This document shows positions 36,847 to 48,605 of a stretch of DNA of 64,000 bases, one piece after another; within the stretch, counting starts at the first letter, position 1; the number at the start of each line of letters is the position of its first letter. A program made the position numbers and the translations under genes. The stretch covers positions 20,795,197 through 20,859,196 of the forward strand of contig NC_081356.1 of NCBI RefSeq assembly GCF_030684315.1, read 5' to 3'. Below the pieces are notes generated by a model. That model was not told the DNA's origin. It saw only the letters and a list, made by a program, of their open reading frames with translations, and searched no databases. Source of the DNA: Stegostoma tigrinum (taxonomy: Eukaryota).

Positions 36847-36940
36847 AAGAGTCTAGACCCAAAATGTCAGCTTTTGTGCTCCTAAGATGCTGCTTGGCCT
36901 GCTGTGTTCATCCAGCTTCACACTTTGTTATCTCAGATTT
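36847..36940 (+). mobile_element. Single-arm Neptune-like PLE terminus
   Basis: gaagagtctagacccaaaatgtcagc...gttatctcagatt. Confidence 0.8.
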
Positions 36941-37334
36941 TGCTGCCCTGATTCCCATTGATGATAGTTTTAATCGTGCTCCTTATTGCCACAATCAGTC
37001 AATTGCAGCCTTTGTGTCACTCTCACCTCACCAAAACTATGGGAAGTGTAATAAAAGCTCATCCTTAATTTTCTTTTTTGTTCTGCTAGGGTTATTCTTT
37101 TCTTTTTTTATTCCTCTTCCCATTGCCTCAAATTCAAGCCTCTTCATTTGCAGTGAATTTTAGCCATTTCCAATTATTCTGATTATGTTCTTGGCTATTC
37201 TAAATGTTGAGCTGTTGCTGCAATTATCTCCCCTTTCCTCACAGACACGGGCAATTCCAACATCAACTTGTTTGCCAATTCAGAATGTTTTTCCTTGCTC
37301 CTTTCTGTAAAACACTTAATGTGAGTTCTTCCAT

Positions 37335-38142
37335 GTCCAGGAAAATATTGGTACCCTGTTTAAACCAACTGACTACAACATCTAAAAAAAACCAACACTC
37401 AGCGCTCACTGCCTTTGAGTCTAATAATCCCAGACCAAACCTGGAAATAGAGATTTACATCCTGACAAGAACCCCCAATTTTTTATGGATCTGACCAAAC
37501 CCTTTTCAAATATATCAAGGAGACAGCCTAGACCCTGTGTTTTATCTTATTTAAAGGAAAGTGTAAGGAGCTGTGTTCCAGATGTAATTCAATGGGTTAC
37601 ATTATTTGGCTTCAAGCAAAGCTCACTTGATTCTTACCTAAACAGTTAAGAACAAGGAATAGAAACAAGAATTGGTATAACTTTAACCCTGTTGGAAAGC
37701 TTAACAGAATAATTGATTTTTAAACAATGAAACAGCAACTCTTCCAATATAATAACATCCCATAAACACACCCTTGACAAAGGTAAATTCTGTAAAATAG
37801 ATTGTCTCACATGCAGAGTTTCTTCAGTCCAGGAAGAAAGAACATCAAGAGAAAATTCTGGTAGCAAGACAGAGAGCTCCAGATTTTAATGTGGCCAAGA
37901 GAGATATAACAGCTTCCACAGCCAACATCAAAATTCTAACCACTACTGAAAGCTAAACTAAAACCCGAGTTCCGTGGGAGCCTGACTGCGCTCATTCATG
38001 CTGCTTCTATTTCTACAACTTTAAGGCCTCACAAACTGTTTACTTTATTGGTTTTTAATAAGGAGCTCGGCACATCTGTCTTTAAACTTCTGTTCAAAAG
38101 TAAAGGACAAAATTCACCTCTTAAAGTCATTGTATGGTCACA
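37335..38142 (-). mobile_element. Putative solo LTR
   Basis: Reverse strand begins tgtgaccatacaatg; non-coding LTR-like layout. Confidence 0.5.
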
Positions 38143-38574
38143 ATTTAAATTGCATCATTGTTCGAGTCCTCCATACTAATAATTGTAAACTACTTGAGGT
38201 GGAGTCCTGTCTGCTGAGTTTGTTTCACAGAGGTGGAATGTAACATATAAGGAGAAATTGGTCTGAGCACAGGAAGGCATGATGAAAATATATTGGTCAA
38301 GACACAAATTTGCTAAAGTCTGCAAAGTGATTCTTAAACTGTGCAAGAGCTGTGGAGGGAATTGTGGTCCCATTTTTTCTGTGCCTATGAACATACATCC
38401 TTCAGTCCTGCTTTGGAGATTGATAAGAAGTTAGAGATAAGATCACATACCCTTGCCTGTGTTTATTCAAGCATAGACTTGGAAGCAAGGCGCAGAGAAT
38501 ACAGCTTCAAACGGGGCAGTGATTTAACTTACAAACATAATTAAATAGGTCAGGAACAGCTATTACTGTAGAAC

Positions 38575-39130
38575 AATAGAACCAGAGATATATTACAGCA
38601 CAAAAAGAGGCCATTCAGCACAATGTGCCTGCACCAGTCGAACAAATTATCTGCCAATTCTATCCTCACTTTCCATCACCTGCAGATCCAGGTTCTTTTT
38701 TTTAATGAGTTGAGTATTTCTGCTTCAAACTTGGCAGCAAATTTCCGATCTCACTTTGCTGTAAGTGAAAATATTTTTCCTTAGGTCTGTCTTAATCCTT
38801 CAACCAAGCATTTTAAATCTGTACCCTCTACTATCAGACCTCTGCGCTAAGATAAACGTGTCTTTCCTGTCCACTATATCAAAGCATCCCATTATTTTGT
38901 AGACTTCAATTAAGTCACCTCTCAGCCTCTTCTGATCTAAGCAACTCATTAACCTAACCAATCATTCCTCAAACTTGCAATTTTTAAGCACGTGCATCAT
39001 TCTTGCAAATTTTTGTACTCTCTCAATAGCAATTATATTTTTCCTGTAATGTGATGACCCAAACTATAGACAAAACTCCAGATGTAATCTAACCAGTGTC
39101 TTACGAAGCTTGAGCATTACATTCAATACC
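38575..39130 (-). mobile_element. CR1 LINE 3' fragment, old
   Basis: ggccattcagc 3' UTR; decayed ...gacccaaactatagacaaaactccagatg (LEYCVQFW region). Confidence 0.75.
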
Positions 39131-39815
39131 TGAGGTTTATACTTGTTCCCTGAGCCAGTGTGTTTGGTTGTAGATGTTTTGTCACACTGCTAGGTAATGT
39201 CGCCAGTGCGCCTCCAGTGAAGCGTTGGTGTTCTGTCCCGCTTGTTATTTATATGCCTCAGTTTGTTTGGTACCACTTCCGGTTCTGTTTTTCAGTGGTT
39301 TGTATACAGGGTCTAATTTACTGCGCTTGTTGATGGAGTTCCAGTTAGATTACCAGGCGTCCAGGAATTCCCTGGCATGTTTCTGTTTGACTTGTGTGAT
39401 TGTGGACGTGTTGTACCAGTTGAATTTGTATCCCTTGTTGTCTGTGTGTAGTGATACAAATGAGATTTGGTCATGTCCCTTGGTGGCTGACTGGTATTCA
39501 TGTGTCCTTCGTTGTCAGTTTGCTTCCAGTTTGGCCTACACAGTGTTTCTCACAGTCCTTGTCCGGTATTTTGTATATTATGTTAGTTTTATTGGTTGAG
39601 GGTATGGGATCCTTAGCATTTGTCAGTAGCTGTCGCAGGGTGGCTGTCAGTTTTTGGGTTACCCTATACCTAGGGGTCTGAGTGGTCTTGTGGTTATTTC
39701 TGATATGTCCTTGATGTGTGGTAGGATGATTAGTGAGTCTGTTCATGTTCTGTCTTCCTTTTGTGGTCTGTCTTGGAGATAACGGTGGATTGTGCTTTTC
39801 GGGTGTATTCATTAC
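39131..39815 (-). mobile_element. Poseidon-like PLE 3' part with GIY-YIG endonuclease
   Basis: NAKDPIPSTNKTNIIYKIPDKDCEKHCVGQTGSKL, no Cys linker; degenerate hammerhead at ~39172-39206 (-). Confidence 0.88.
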
Positions 39816-40169
39816 CTCAGCCTATGAAGAAAAATATCTCATATGCCTTCTTTACCACCATATCTACATATCCTTTGACCACAGGGGGCCTGTGTACAGC
39901 AGTACAGTTAACACGCTGAAATAACTGGAATATGTTGGGAGTACAAAATTGGCATACAAAATTGGATCACAGTCAATGGGCACTGGTACATTGAGATTAC
40001 AACATTCAGTTTTGGAATTATCAGTGTTAATACCCCGATTCTCAAACAGACATCTAGCAATGTTCACACTATTCAAACAATTATTAAAATAATCATTATT
40101 TTGTTTACATTGTATTTCTGCCTCGATCATCATGGGTTACTTCTTTAGAAATTGACAGCATGAATTATA

Positions 40170-40312
40170 ACATTGCTGTTTGTGACAACATGCTGTGGGC
40201 AAATTGGCTGCTGTGTTTCCTTTATTTGGCAACACTTCAAAAGTGATTCATTCACTTTGAACCACTTTGGAACATCCTGGGGCCATGAAAGGCAATGAAT
40301 ACACGCGTGCTC
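40170..40312 (+). mobile_element. Deu-domain SINE fragment
   Basis: ttgctgtttgtg...tgctgtgggcaaattggctgctgtgtttcc...acacttcaaaagt...tttggaacatcctg...tgaaaggc is the Deu domain plus tail. Confidence 0.7.
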
Positions 40313-40449
40313 ATTTTGTTTCTGCTGTTTGGCTGCGGAATAAAATAAAATTTGCATTGTACGACTGATGTAAGTTTCAGATTGCTAACTGTTTTCGGGT
40401 GCAACGCTCTCTGAATCTGAACATTGATATCGAAGCACCACATTTAACT

Positions 40450-40731
40450 CAGATAATGGGAACTGCAGATGCTGGAGAATCCAAGATAATAAAGTGTGAA
40501 GCTGGATGAACACAGCAGGCCAAGTAGCATCTCAGGAGCACAAAAGCTGACGTTTCGGGCCTAGACCCTTCACAGAGAGGGGGATGGGGTGAGGGTTCTC
40601 TCTCCCTATTTATTCCAGAACCCTCACCCCATCCCCCTCTCTGATGAAGGGTCTAGGCCCGAAATGTCAGCTTTTGTGCTCCTGAGATGCTGCTTGGCCT
40701 GCTGTGTTCATCCAGCTTCACACTTTATTAT
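40450..40731 (-). mobile_element. Neptune-like PLE inverted mini-insertion
   Basis: Tail on left; junction ~40598; TSD caccacatttaact / cactacaattaact (12 of 14). Confidence 0.9.
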
Positions 40732-41863
40732 CACTACAATTAACTACTTGCTTCACTAAATACACAAAGTCCTTCCAGGTTCCGGGGTGGTGGTGGGGGG
40801 GAGGTGGGCAGCAGCAAAACAAATTCTAAATTGAGCACATGCAGAAAATGCCCAGTCTATCAGATTGTGATCTCAATAACAACATGATGTGAATGTGATG
40901 CATAGTGGTTGAAGGGAGTTTTCAGCACTGAGTGGAACCTTGGAAGCAAGAAGAGTGCTGACTATTTAATCCTCCAAAATAAAGCTTAAATCTAGTGAAA
41001 ATTAAGAAGGTTCTATCATATGAAAGCAATACGGATACATTAGATTTATCTGTAATCATTGTTGCTGATGCGTGGTATTCTCAGAAGGGTCCCTTGCTGC
41101 TATTCACGCGATGAGCAGTGGAAAAGGAACATCATTGGAATATCAGTGCTGGACTCTAAATGACCAGAAGAGTATTTTCTCCTATGCACCAGGTTTAATA
41201 TTTAAATTAAAAATCTTTAAACAAAAATGATAAGACTTAATACAGCACTGAAGTAGTAAACTTATTTGAGTTGTACATTCGTAACGTCTCATGGTTTTAG
41301 CTTCTGTCATGATGGTTGAATAAATTTAATCAAAATTCAGTATTTTTCCCTATTTTTTCAAAGATGATTAGTTCGTGAGAAATGCTCTCTCACAAATTTC
41401 ATCAATTTGCCATGTAAAATAATAAAGATCCTTTGAATTGGCTAATTAGAAGTGAAGAGTAAATTTACTTCCAGCAAAGATAAGCCATGCTGATTTGTTT
41501 TTTTAAAATGTCTAACCAAACAGCTTCTGAAAAGGGAAGCTAGCCAAATTGATTCGACTCTATGTAATACATCTTGGGAGCTGAAAAATAGCTGGGAGAA
41601 AGCATTTTTCAGTTGCAGTTGTTCTCATTAGCCATCTTGGTATTGGGAATCATTTGTTCAAGCATTTTCATCCCCATTTTGACCACAAGCCAAAAAGTAT
41701 CAACTTTTTTTAGACTCAAAGAGGGAAAAAAAGCAAAGCAAGGAAAAAGGAGTTTGATTGGCAAGACGGTGGTAAAGGCTTTTTTGAACAAAAAGCTGTT
41801 AATGAGTATGGAGCAGCAACATTTTGGACAATTTCAGCTAGGGCTTTTCTTGAGCAGGTAGTC

Positions 41864-43235
41864 GATTGATTGATTGATTGATTGATTGTCATGTGTTCCA
41901 AAATGCAGTGAAAAGCTTTGTTTACAAGTTGTACAGGCAGATCATAGTAAGCAAAGGATGTACAAATCAAAGAGACTTAGAGGCATACAGGTTCCATTTC
42001 ATTGGACGTGCTCTAGGTGAGATCCACATTAGAAAGATCAGTGTTATTTGACACTAGACAGTCCATTCATCAGACTGATAACAGAAGGGAAGAAACTGTT
42101 CCTGAACCTGCTTGTGTGAGTGTTCTGGCTTCTGTATCTTCTGCCTGATGGAAGAGGTTGTAGGAGGTCATTTCCAGAGTACAAAGGGTCTTTGATGTTG
42201 GCAGCCATTCCATGGCAGCGGGCCATATAAATGGAATCCATGGATGTAACATTGTCTTCTGTGACAGCCTGGGCTGTGCACACAACCTTCTGTAGTTTCT
42301 TTCAGTCTTGGACAAAGCAATTGCCATACCTGGCCGTTATGCACCCGAACAGTATGCTTTCAATGGTGCATCTTTAGAGGTGGGCATGCCAAATTTCCTG
42401 AGCTGCCTGAGGATGAAGAGGCATTGTTTTGCCTTCTTGACTGTTGCATCAACGTGGGCTATCTTGGACAGATTGTCAGTTATCGTCATTCCAAGGAACT
42501 TGATGCTCTCCACCCTCTCAAACTCGTTTCCATTGATGTAGATAGGAGCGTGTTCTCCTCCTTTCCTTCTCAAGTCAATGATCAGGTCTTTAGTTTTGCT
42601 AACATTGAGAGACAGATTGTTCTCATTGAACAACATCACCAAGCCTCTTATCTCCCTTCTACAGTTTGACTTGTCGTTGTTAGTTAACAGTCCTACTACA
42701 GTGGTGTCATCAGCGAACTTGTAGATAACATTCATTCAGAATTTGGCTACCGAGTCATACTGTAAAGGGAGTACAGTCGGGGCTGAGGATGCATCCTTGG
42801 GGGGCTCCAGTGTTGAGTGTTATTGTGGAAGAGGTGCAGTTACCTATCCGCACTGATTGTGGTCTGTGGTCAGATAGTTGAGGATGCAATTGCAGAGGGC
42901 AGAGTCGAGACCAAGGTCAAGCAGTTTTGAGATCAGTCTGAAGAGGAATAACAGTGTTGAAGATGGAGCTGGAGTCAACTAGCAGAAATCTAACTTAGGT
43001 GTCTTTGTTAACTAGATGTTCCAGGGATGAGTGCAAGGCTAGGGTTATGGCATCCTCTGTGCATCTGTTATGTCAGTAGACAGATTGTAGGGGATCGATG
43101 CAGGCTGGGAGACTGGAGTCGATGTGAGCCATGACCAGTCTTTCGAAGAACTTCACGATTATTGAAGTCAGAGCTACTGGACAGTAGTCATAAAGGCATG
43201 TTGCATGTGCTTTCTTGGTACTGGGTTGGTGGTTA
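41864..43235 (-). mobile_element. Rex1/Babar LINE, 5'-truncated, with (ATCA)n tail
   Basis: IYKFADDTTVVGLLTNND...NNLSLNVSKTKDLIIDLRR; DYCPVALTSIIVKFFERLVM; gatt repeat at 41865-41888. Confidence 0.92.
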
Positions 43236-43319
43236 CATGAGTTCATAAGCACCATTTCTATGATTAGTTTCATTTTTCAGTAGCTACAAGTGAGTTTATT
43301 TTCTGTAAGCATTAAGAGT

Positions 43320-44135
43320 ACGGAGCAGAATCTTGCAATTTGTTTTTGTCCAAATGTGGGTCCAAACATTGATGCAGTGAATCATGTTGTGAGGCCACCG
43401 CATGTTTATCAAACCCACCACTGTAATTTCCATTTGATTCCCTGTGGCAAGAATTACGGTCTATTTCCAACCCATTTTACCACACACCATTTCCAGCAGC
43501 ACTCACCACTCACTTGAGACTGGCTGAGGAGCAAAGCACAAAAAAGGCAAGACAAGGGAGCTACAAGCATCCAGGGTAGGCTCAGAGTGAGTGAGTTCCA
43601 TGAGAGCAAGTAAGGAGTCCACAGGTGCAGCCTGCTTCAGTCCATGAGTTGGGTGTGTCCTTGGACATAAAGCATTCTTGTTATAGCATTATCAGGTGGT
43701 TTTGAACGCGGACTGAAGTGAAGCACTGAATCACTGAAGCATCCTGTAAGTGAATTGGAGATGTACTATTATGTCACTGGCACATTGCAACTTCTTATGA
43801 TTATGGATATGGACATATTTGGCTGGTCTTCATGGAGTGAGCCCAAGATGCTAGCACCTGGCGTTCAATGTGAAGGATTTTTGGAGCAAGAGGTGAGTTG
43901 AACTCCCAAAGAACCATTCTGGTTACCAAGTTGAATTTTCCCAATGACTAGAATGTGTGATGAGTTTGGTATGATTGCAACATGTGATGTGGTTGGACAG
44001 TTAACCAACAATAAACAGCATCAAATGATAACCCGCTGCTTCCTAGCAAGAAATTTGTCATACACCTTGATCAAGCAGGAAAACTGCAGTGAGATGATAT
44101 TAACATTGCAATGACCATCTCATTCCATTCTAGCA
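43320..44135. mobile_element. Probable decayed Harbinger-type element
   Basis: Starts gagcagaatctt; subterminal similarity to 21570-21740; no intact ORF. Confidence 0.3.
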
Positions 44136-44394
44136 CATACCACACCATAACTCATATCTTTCAGAGCCTCAGGAAATTCCACTATAGAAACATTTGGAGC
44201 AGGAGTGCTGCTCTGCAATTCAATTACATTGTGGTTTAACCATACCTCAAATCCATTTTCCCACTTCTTACACCAAATTGCCCAAAGCATTTACTTACTT
44301 AAAATAGATGCTTATTCAATGAAACCTAGCTCTTCTTGGACAAGGAAAGACCTATAAAGAATTCAATGCAGGCTCAGTTAGAGTGGTGGTTGCC

Positions 44395-44645
44395 TTGTTG
44401 CCTAATAGCATTATAATTCCCCCTCCCCCAATTAAATACTTTCCCATACCGTCTGCTTCTAACCCTCTCCATGACTATAGTAAAAGTCAGGGCGTTGTGA
44501 TCACTATCAGCGAAATGATCTCCTGCCAAGAGAACTGATACCTGATCTGGTTCATTGCCAAGCACCAAATCCAACATGGCCTCCACTCTAGTCAGCCTAT
44601 CTGCATATTGAGTCAGAAATCCTTCCTGGGCACACTTGACAATCA
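44395..44645 (-). mobile_element. CR1 LINE AP-endonuclease fragment
   Basis: QEGFLTQYADRLTRVEAMLDLVLGNEPDQV...GDHFADSDHN. Confidence 0.9.
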
Positions 44646-44879
44646 TGTGCGATATTCAGGCTTCTGTGTTTTTTGTCTGATAGAAGAGATTGTCCATCAG
44701 CAGAGGACATTTTAAAATTCATTTGTGGATTGTGCACCTTCCTGGCAAAGAAACTTTTTATCATTTGCGTGGAAATAGAGCCAAGCTTAAGCCAAGATTT
44801 CTAAGAGCCATGATAGGGGAAAACAAAAATATATGAACACTAGAAAGCTACTTTGCAACAACATCATAATTTGGCTCAT

Positions 44880-45630
44880 TGTTGCCCTGGTCCAGTCTCA
44901 CACAAATATGGCGGACAATAAAGGTCAGATACTAACAGACAGGAGCAGAACATCATTAACGCAAAGATATTGAAGTTGAATGTGGAATTCCAAACTGACT
45001 CTATATTGGACCTTGAAGGTAATATATACCAGTACTCCCCAGGCCATTAAGGATACATTAAAGAATGGAGAATTACCATCAGCAATATCTTTGCAGGATC
45101 TTCTAGATCTGGAGATGTGAAAAGGTTCCAACAGCAGCATCCTTTCACGAGTTTAGAGAACCAGCATTGTGATGACTTTCCAACAAGCTCCACCAAGCAG
45201 GCCACCTTGTACATTAATCTGACATCATTCTCCCAAGGCAACTGTTCCACTCAGAACACAGTCATAGCAGGAATCCACCGGGAAGACAGCAGAAATGATT
45301 CAAGGATATCATCAAAGCATCTGAGGAGATCAAATATCTCAACTGATTCATGGAAGTCCTGGCTTGTGATGGGCCAAAATGAAACTGAAGAAGGATTATC
45401 CAGCAAGGAGTTAGACACATCAAGTGACTTCATCAGGAATGGTCAAAGGCAAAGATGAAGCATTGGAAAAAAAGTACTAATCCCTATGCTTCTCAACAAT
45501 GGATCCTTCGAGCCCTGTCTGTTCTGCATGAGACAGAGTTCGCCATTTCGAATAGGCAGTCAACTCAGAACTCATCAGACTAACGTGGAAACATTTCATC
45601 CTCAATCCCAAGGAAAGGGGTACTGCCTTG
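44880..45630 (+). mobile_element. RTE-type LINE 3' fragment
   Basis: GRQQK*FKDIIKAS..RSNISTDSWEVLACD..K motif of the RTE C-terminus. Confidence 0.7.
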
Positions 45631-46989
45631 GGCAAAGGAAAGTCACCTAAAAGCTTAGCCTTTGGAAAGGAAGTGCTCCTCATCAACTTGATAAATTGAC
45701 CTGAGAAAGTGACCTTTCTCCTTGTAAGATTCAATCAATGCAATTCCACTTGTCTCCAGCGGTTGCACAGTTCTACTTTTCATTGTTAACTGATTATGAG
45801 GAGTAAAATCATTTCAGCTTGATGCAGCCAACAAAAAGAAAAACTGATGTGGAATTGAGATCTCCAAATTCAGTGACAGTGAATAAAGCAGCAATTAAAC
45901 AGAACTATCTCAAGCAATGCAGTTTTGTTTTAATGTTACTCTACTGTTGTAAATCAGACATAAACTGATTTTGCTTCCTGTAAGTAGTTCCAGTTTAATT
46001 AATTGGTATGTAATTAATTCTGCAAGCAGAATGCTATGCCCAGCAATTAGGTCTGAATTAAGACATAGACCTGATGTCTTGCTTGCACCTCCTACCTTCT
46101 TCGCTACCGCCTCAGCTGCCAGCATTTCATAGTCTATCCAACTCCCCACGCTAACTTCCCACTTCAGCTACAACCCATGACCCCAGTTCACATTGTGTGT
46201 TCATAAAAGTGAAAGTCAATGCATCTTCTAGGGATAAACGTACATAAAATTAAAGAATAACACCCAGACTTACAGAAGTTGATAAAATTATTGAGATTGT
46301 TATATATTGTGGTTTGTATAATCGATGTCATTTTCCAAGTGCATGGCATCCCACCTTCAAACAAACAATATGATGTCGTTCCCTTTGAGTAAACCATTAC
46401 TACCAATATGGTATGGTCCGAGTGCTCATAAAGTTCTTCAACAATGCAGGCCACAGCGAGAAATTGTGGAAAATCAGATGAGATATCCAGTGAAAACCCT
46501 CCCAACAGTGAGGTCAAAAAGCCCCAGTTTCCCACTTCATCCAAGTCAGTCATGGCAGTGGGCCCTAGTGAATCTTGGGGATCAGCAAAGTGAGAGTCAA
46601 GGAAGGTTAGCAAGGGACACTGCTGTGGCAGGCAAATCAAGGTTGGTAATTGCAGATAGCAACTGATGATGCCAAGAAAACACGAATGGTGAAGGGGTGA
46701 AACTCAACCTCCAAGGGGAGGAGGCTATAGTGCATGGGAAGCTATGGGCTGCTTCAGGAGGGCAGGGGTTATGAGTGCACTCCTTGACAGGCAGTGTGAC
46801 ATGCATTATGATGGTGGGAAGGACTAACTGGTAGGTAGGGACTTAGGGAGTATGTGTGAGAGTTGCATTCATAATTCCAGATCATGACTCAGAATATGTA
46901 TTATATGGATACTAGTATTGATGGGATGCTTGGACAGTGCTACTTGCAAAGGAAAATGGAGCTTCAAGTTTCCTCTTGAGCCTGTAATC

Positions 46990-47745
46990 ATGTACAAAGA
47001 ATACATTCTGTGCCCCTGCCACCTTCAGTGTTTCTTTCAAGTGGTATTCAACTTGGAGGAGTACTGACTCATCAGCTGAGGCAGTGCTAGTGCTTGGCAA
47101 TTAGTAGGAGATTTTGTTGCTCATATTTGGTCTGATGCCATGGGACTTTGTGAGGTCTAGAGTCAATGTTGACTGTATACCACTGTGCTGCCACCTTTGT
47201 CTGTTCTGTCAATGAGTCAGGATATATTAGAGATGGTGACAGTGTTATCTGGGGCATTTTGTGTAACATAAGATTTTGTGAGCTATCAGAATTAACCTGA
47301 AAATCACTTCACCAACTAAGAACAGCCATGTCTGACCATTCATAGAATTGAGAAAGCGCTATCAGCCTGTCAATCTGTTCCCTGCCTGGGCCAAGTGAGG
47401 TTTGTCATGTTGAGCCAAATTACACTGCTGGTTCCACTCCTTGCTGTGCCCTTCTGTTAATTCCCTTAAGTTTCAGCTTTGCAACCTCTCTCCCTAAGGA
47501 GCCCGAAGACTTTGGTTTCTCAGCAGATGCTCAGCGGGTCATGGAAATAATACCTATGACTATGTCATGCTGTTGCTTGACTAATCTGTAAGACAACTCA
47601 CCCAATTCTTAGTAAGGAGTGCTTTTCAGGGCCTCCAGGGCAATTTTGCCATGGTTGTTCCTTGTGCCTTGTTAATTTCATGCGGTCTGACTGGATTCAT
47701 TCCTTTTTTGGGGGGCTTTGTTTTCAGTGGTTTATACAGCTGAGT
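46990..47745 (-). mobile_element. LINE endonuclease/5' fragments (probably the 35200 family)
   Basis: SADESVLLQVEYHLKETLKVAGAQNVFFVHDY resembles an APE ...VGDFN region. Confidence 0.6.
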
Positions 47746-48605
47746 TGATTGCTAGACCACTTCGGAGCGCAGTTAAAAGTCAATCACATTTTTGTGGGTC
47801 TGAAGTCATATTTTGACCTGACCAGGTAAGGACAGCAGTTTTCCTTCCCTAAAGGACATTTGTGAACCAGGTATGTTCTTATAGCAAGATAATAAAATGT
47901 GAGGCTGGATGAACACAGCAGGCCAAGCAGCATCTCAGGAGCACAAAAGCTGACGTTTCGGGCCTAGACCCTTCATCAGAGAGGGGGATGGGGAGAGGGA
48001 ACTGGAATAAATAGGGAGAGAGGGGGAGGCGGACCGAAGATGGAGAGTAAAGAAGATAGGTGGAGAGAGTATAGGTGGGGAGGTAGGGAGGGGATAGGTC
48101 AGTCCAGGGAAGACAGGCAGGTCAAGGAGGTGGGATGAGGTTAGTAGGTAGCTGGGGGTGCGGCTTTGGGTGGGAGGAAGGGATGGGTGAGAGGAAGAAC
48201 CGGTTAGGGAGGCAGAGACAGGTTGGACTGGTTTTGGGATGCAGTGGGTGGGGGGGAAAAGCTGGGCTGGTTGTGTGGTGCAGTGGGGGGAGGGGACGAA
48301 CTGGGCTGGTTTAGGGATGCAGTAGGGGAAGGGGAGAACATCCCCCTCTCTGATGAAGGGTCTAGGCCCGAAACGTCAGCTTTTGTGCTCCTGAGATGCT
48401 GCTTGGCCTGCTGTGTTCATCCAGCCTCACATTTTATTATCTTGGAATTCTCCAGCATCTGCAGTTCCCATTATCTCTGATACCATGTTCTTATAGCAGT
48501 AGTTTCATAGTCACCATAAGACTCTTAACTCCAGATCACCAGAACATTACTTCGGTTTCTGGATCACAAGTCCAGCAACATTACTGCTCCGCCTTCATTT
48601 CCCCT
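47745..48605 (-). mobile_element. tRNA-derived SINE, host of the PLE at 47887
   Basis: Family match on both sides of the insertion. Confidence 0.65.
47887..48484 (+). mobile_element. Neptune-like PLE inverted insertion (long antisense arm, short tailed arm)
   Basis: Junction ~48338; exact TSD atgttcttatagca at 47873-47886 and 48485-48498; intact hammerhead motifs in both arms. Confidence 0.93.

Larger units (their letters stand above)
35200..36990 (-). mobile_element. Non-LTR retrotransposon 3' part with nested insertions (clade uncertain)
   Basis: ORFs 35718-35939 and 36112-36576 (SPTINILQVTIGQKLSWISYINTI...RAGQ) are RT C-terminal; ttattttta ttcactcatggga tail. Confidence 0.85.
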
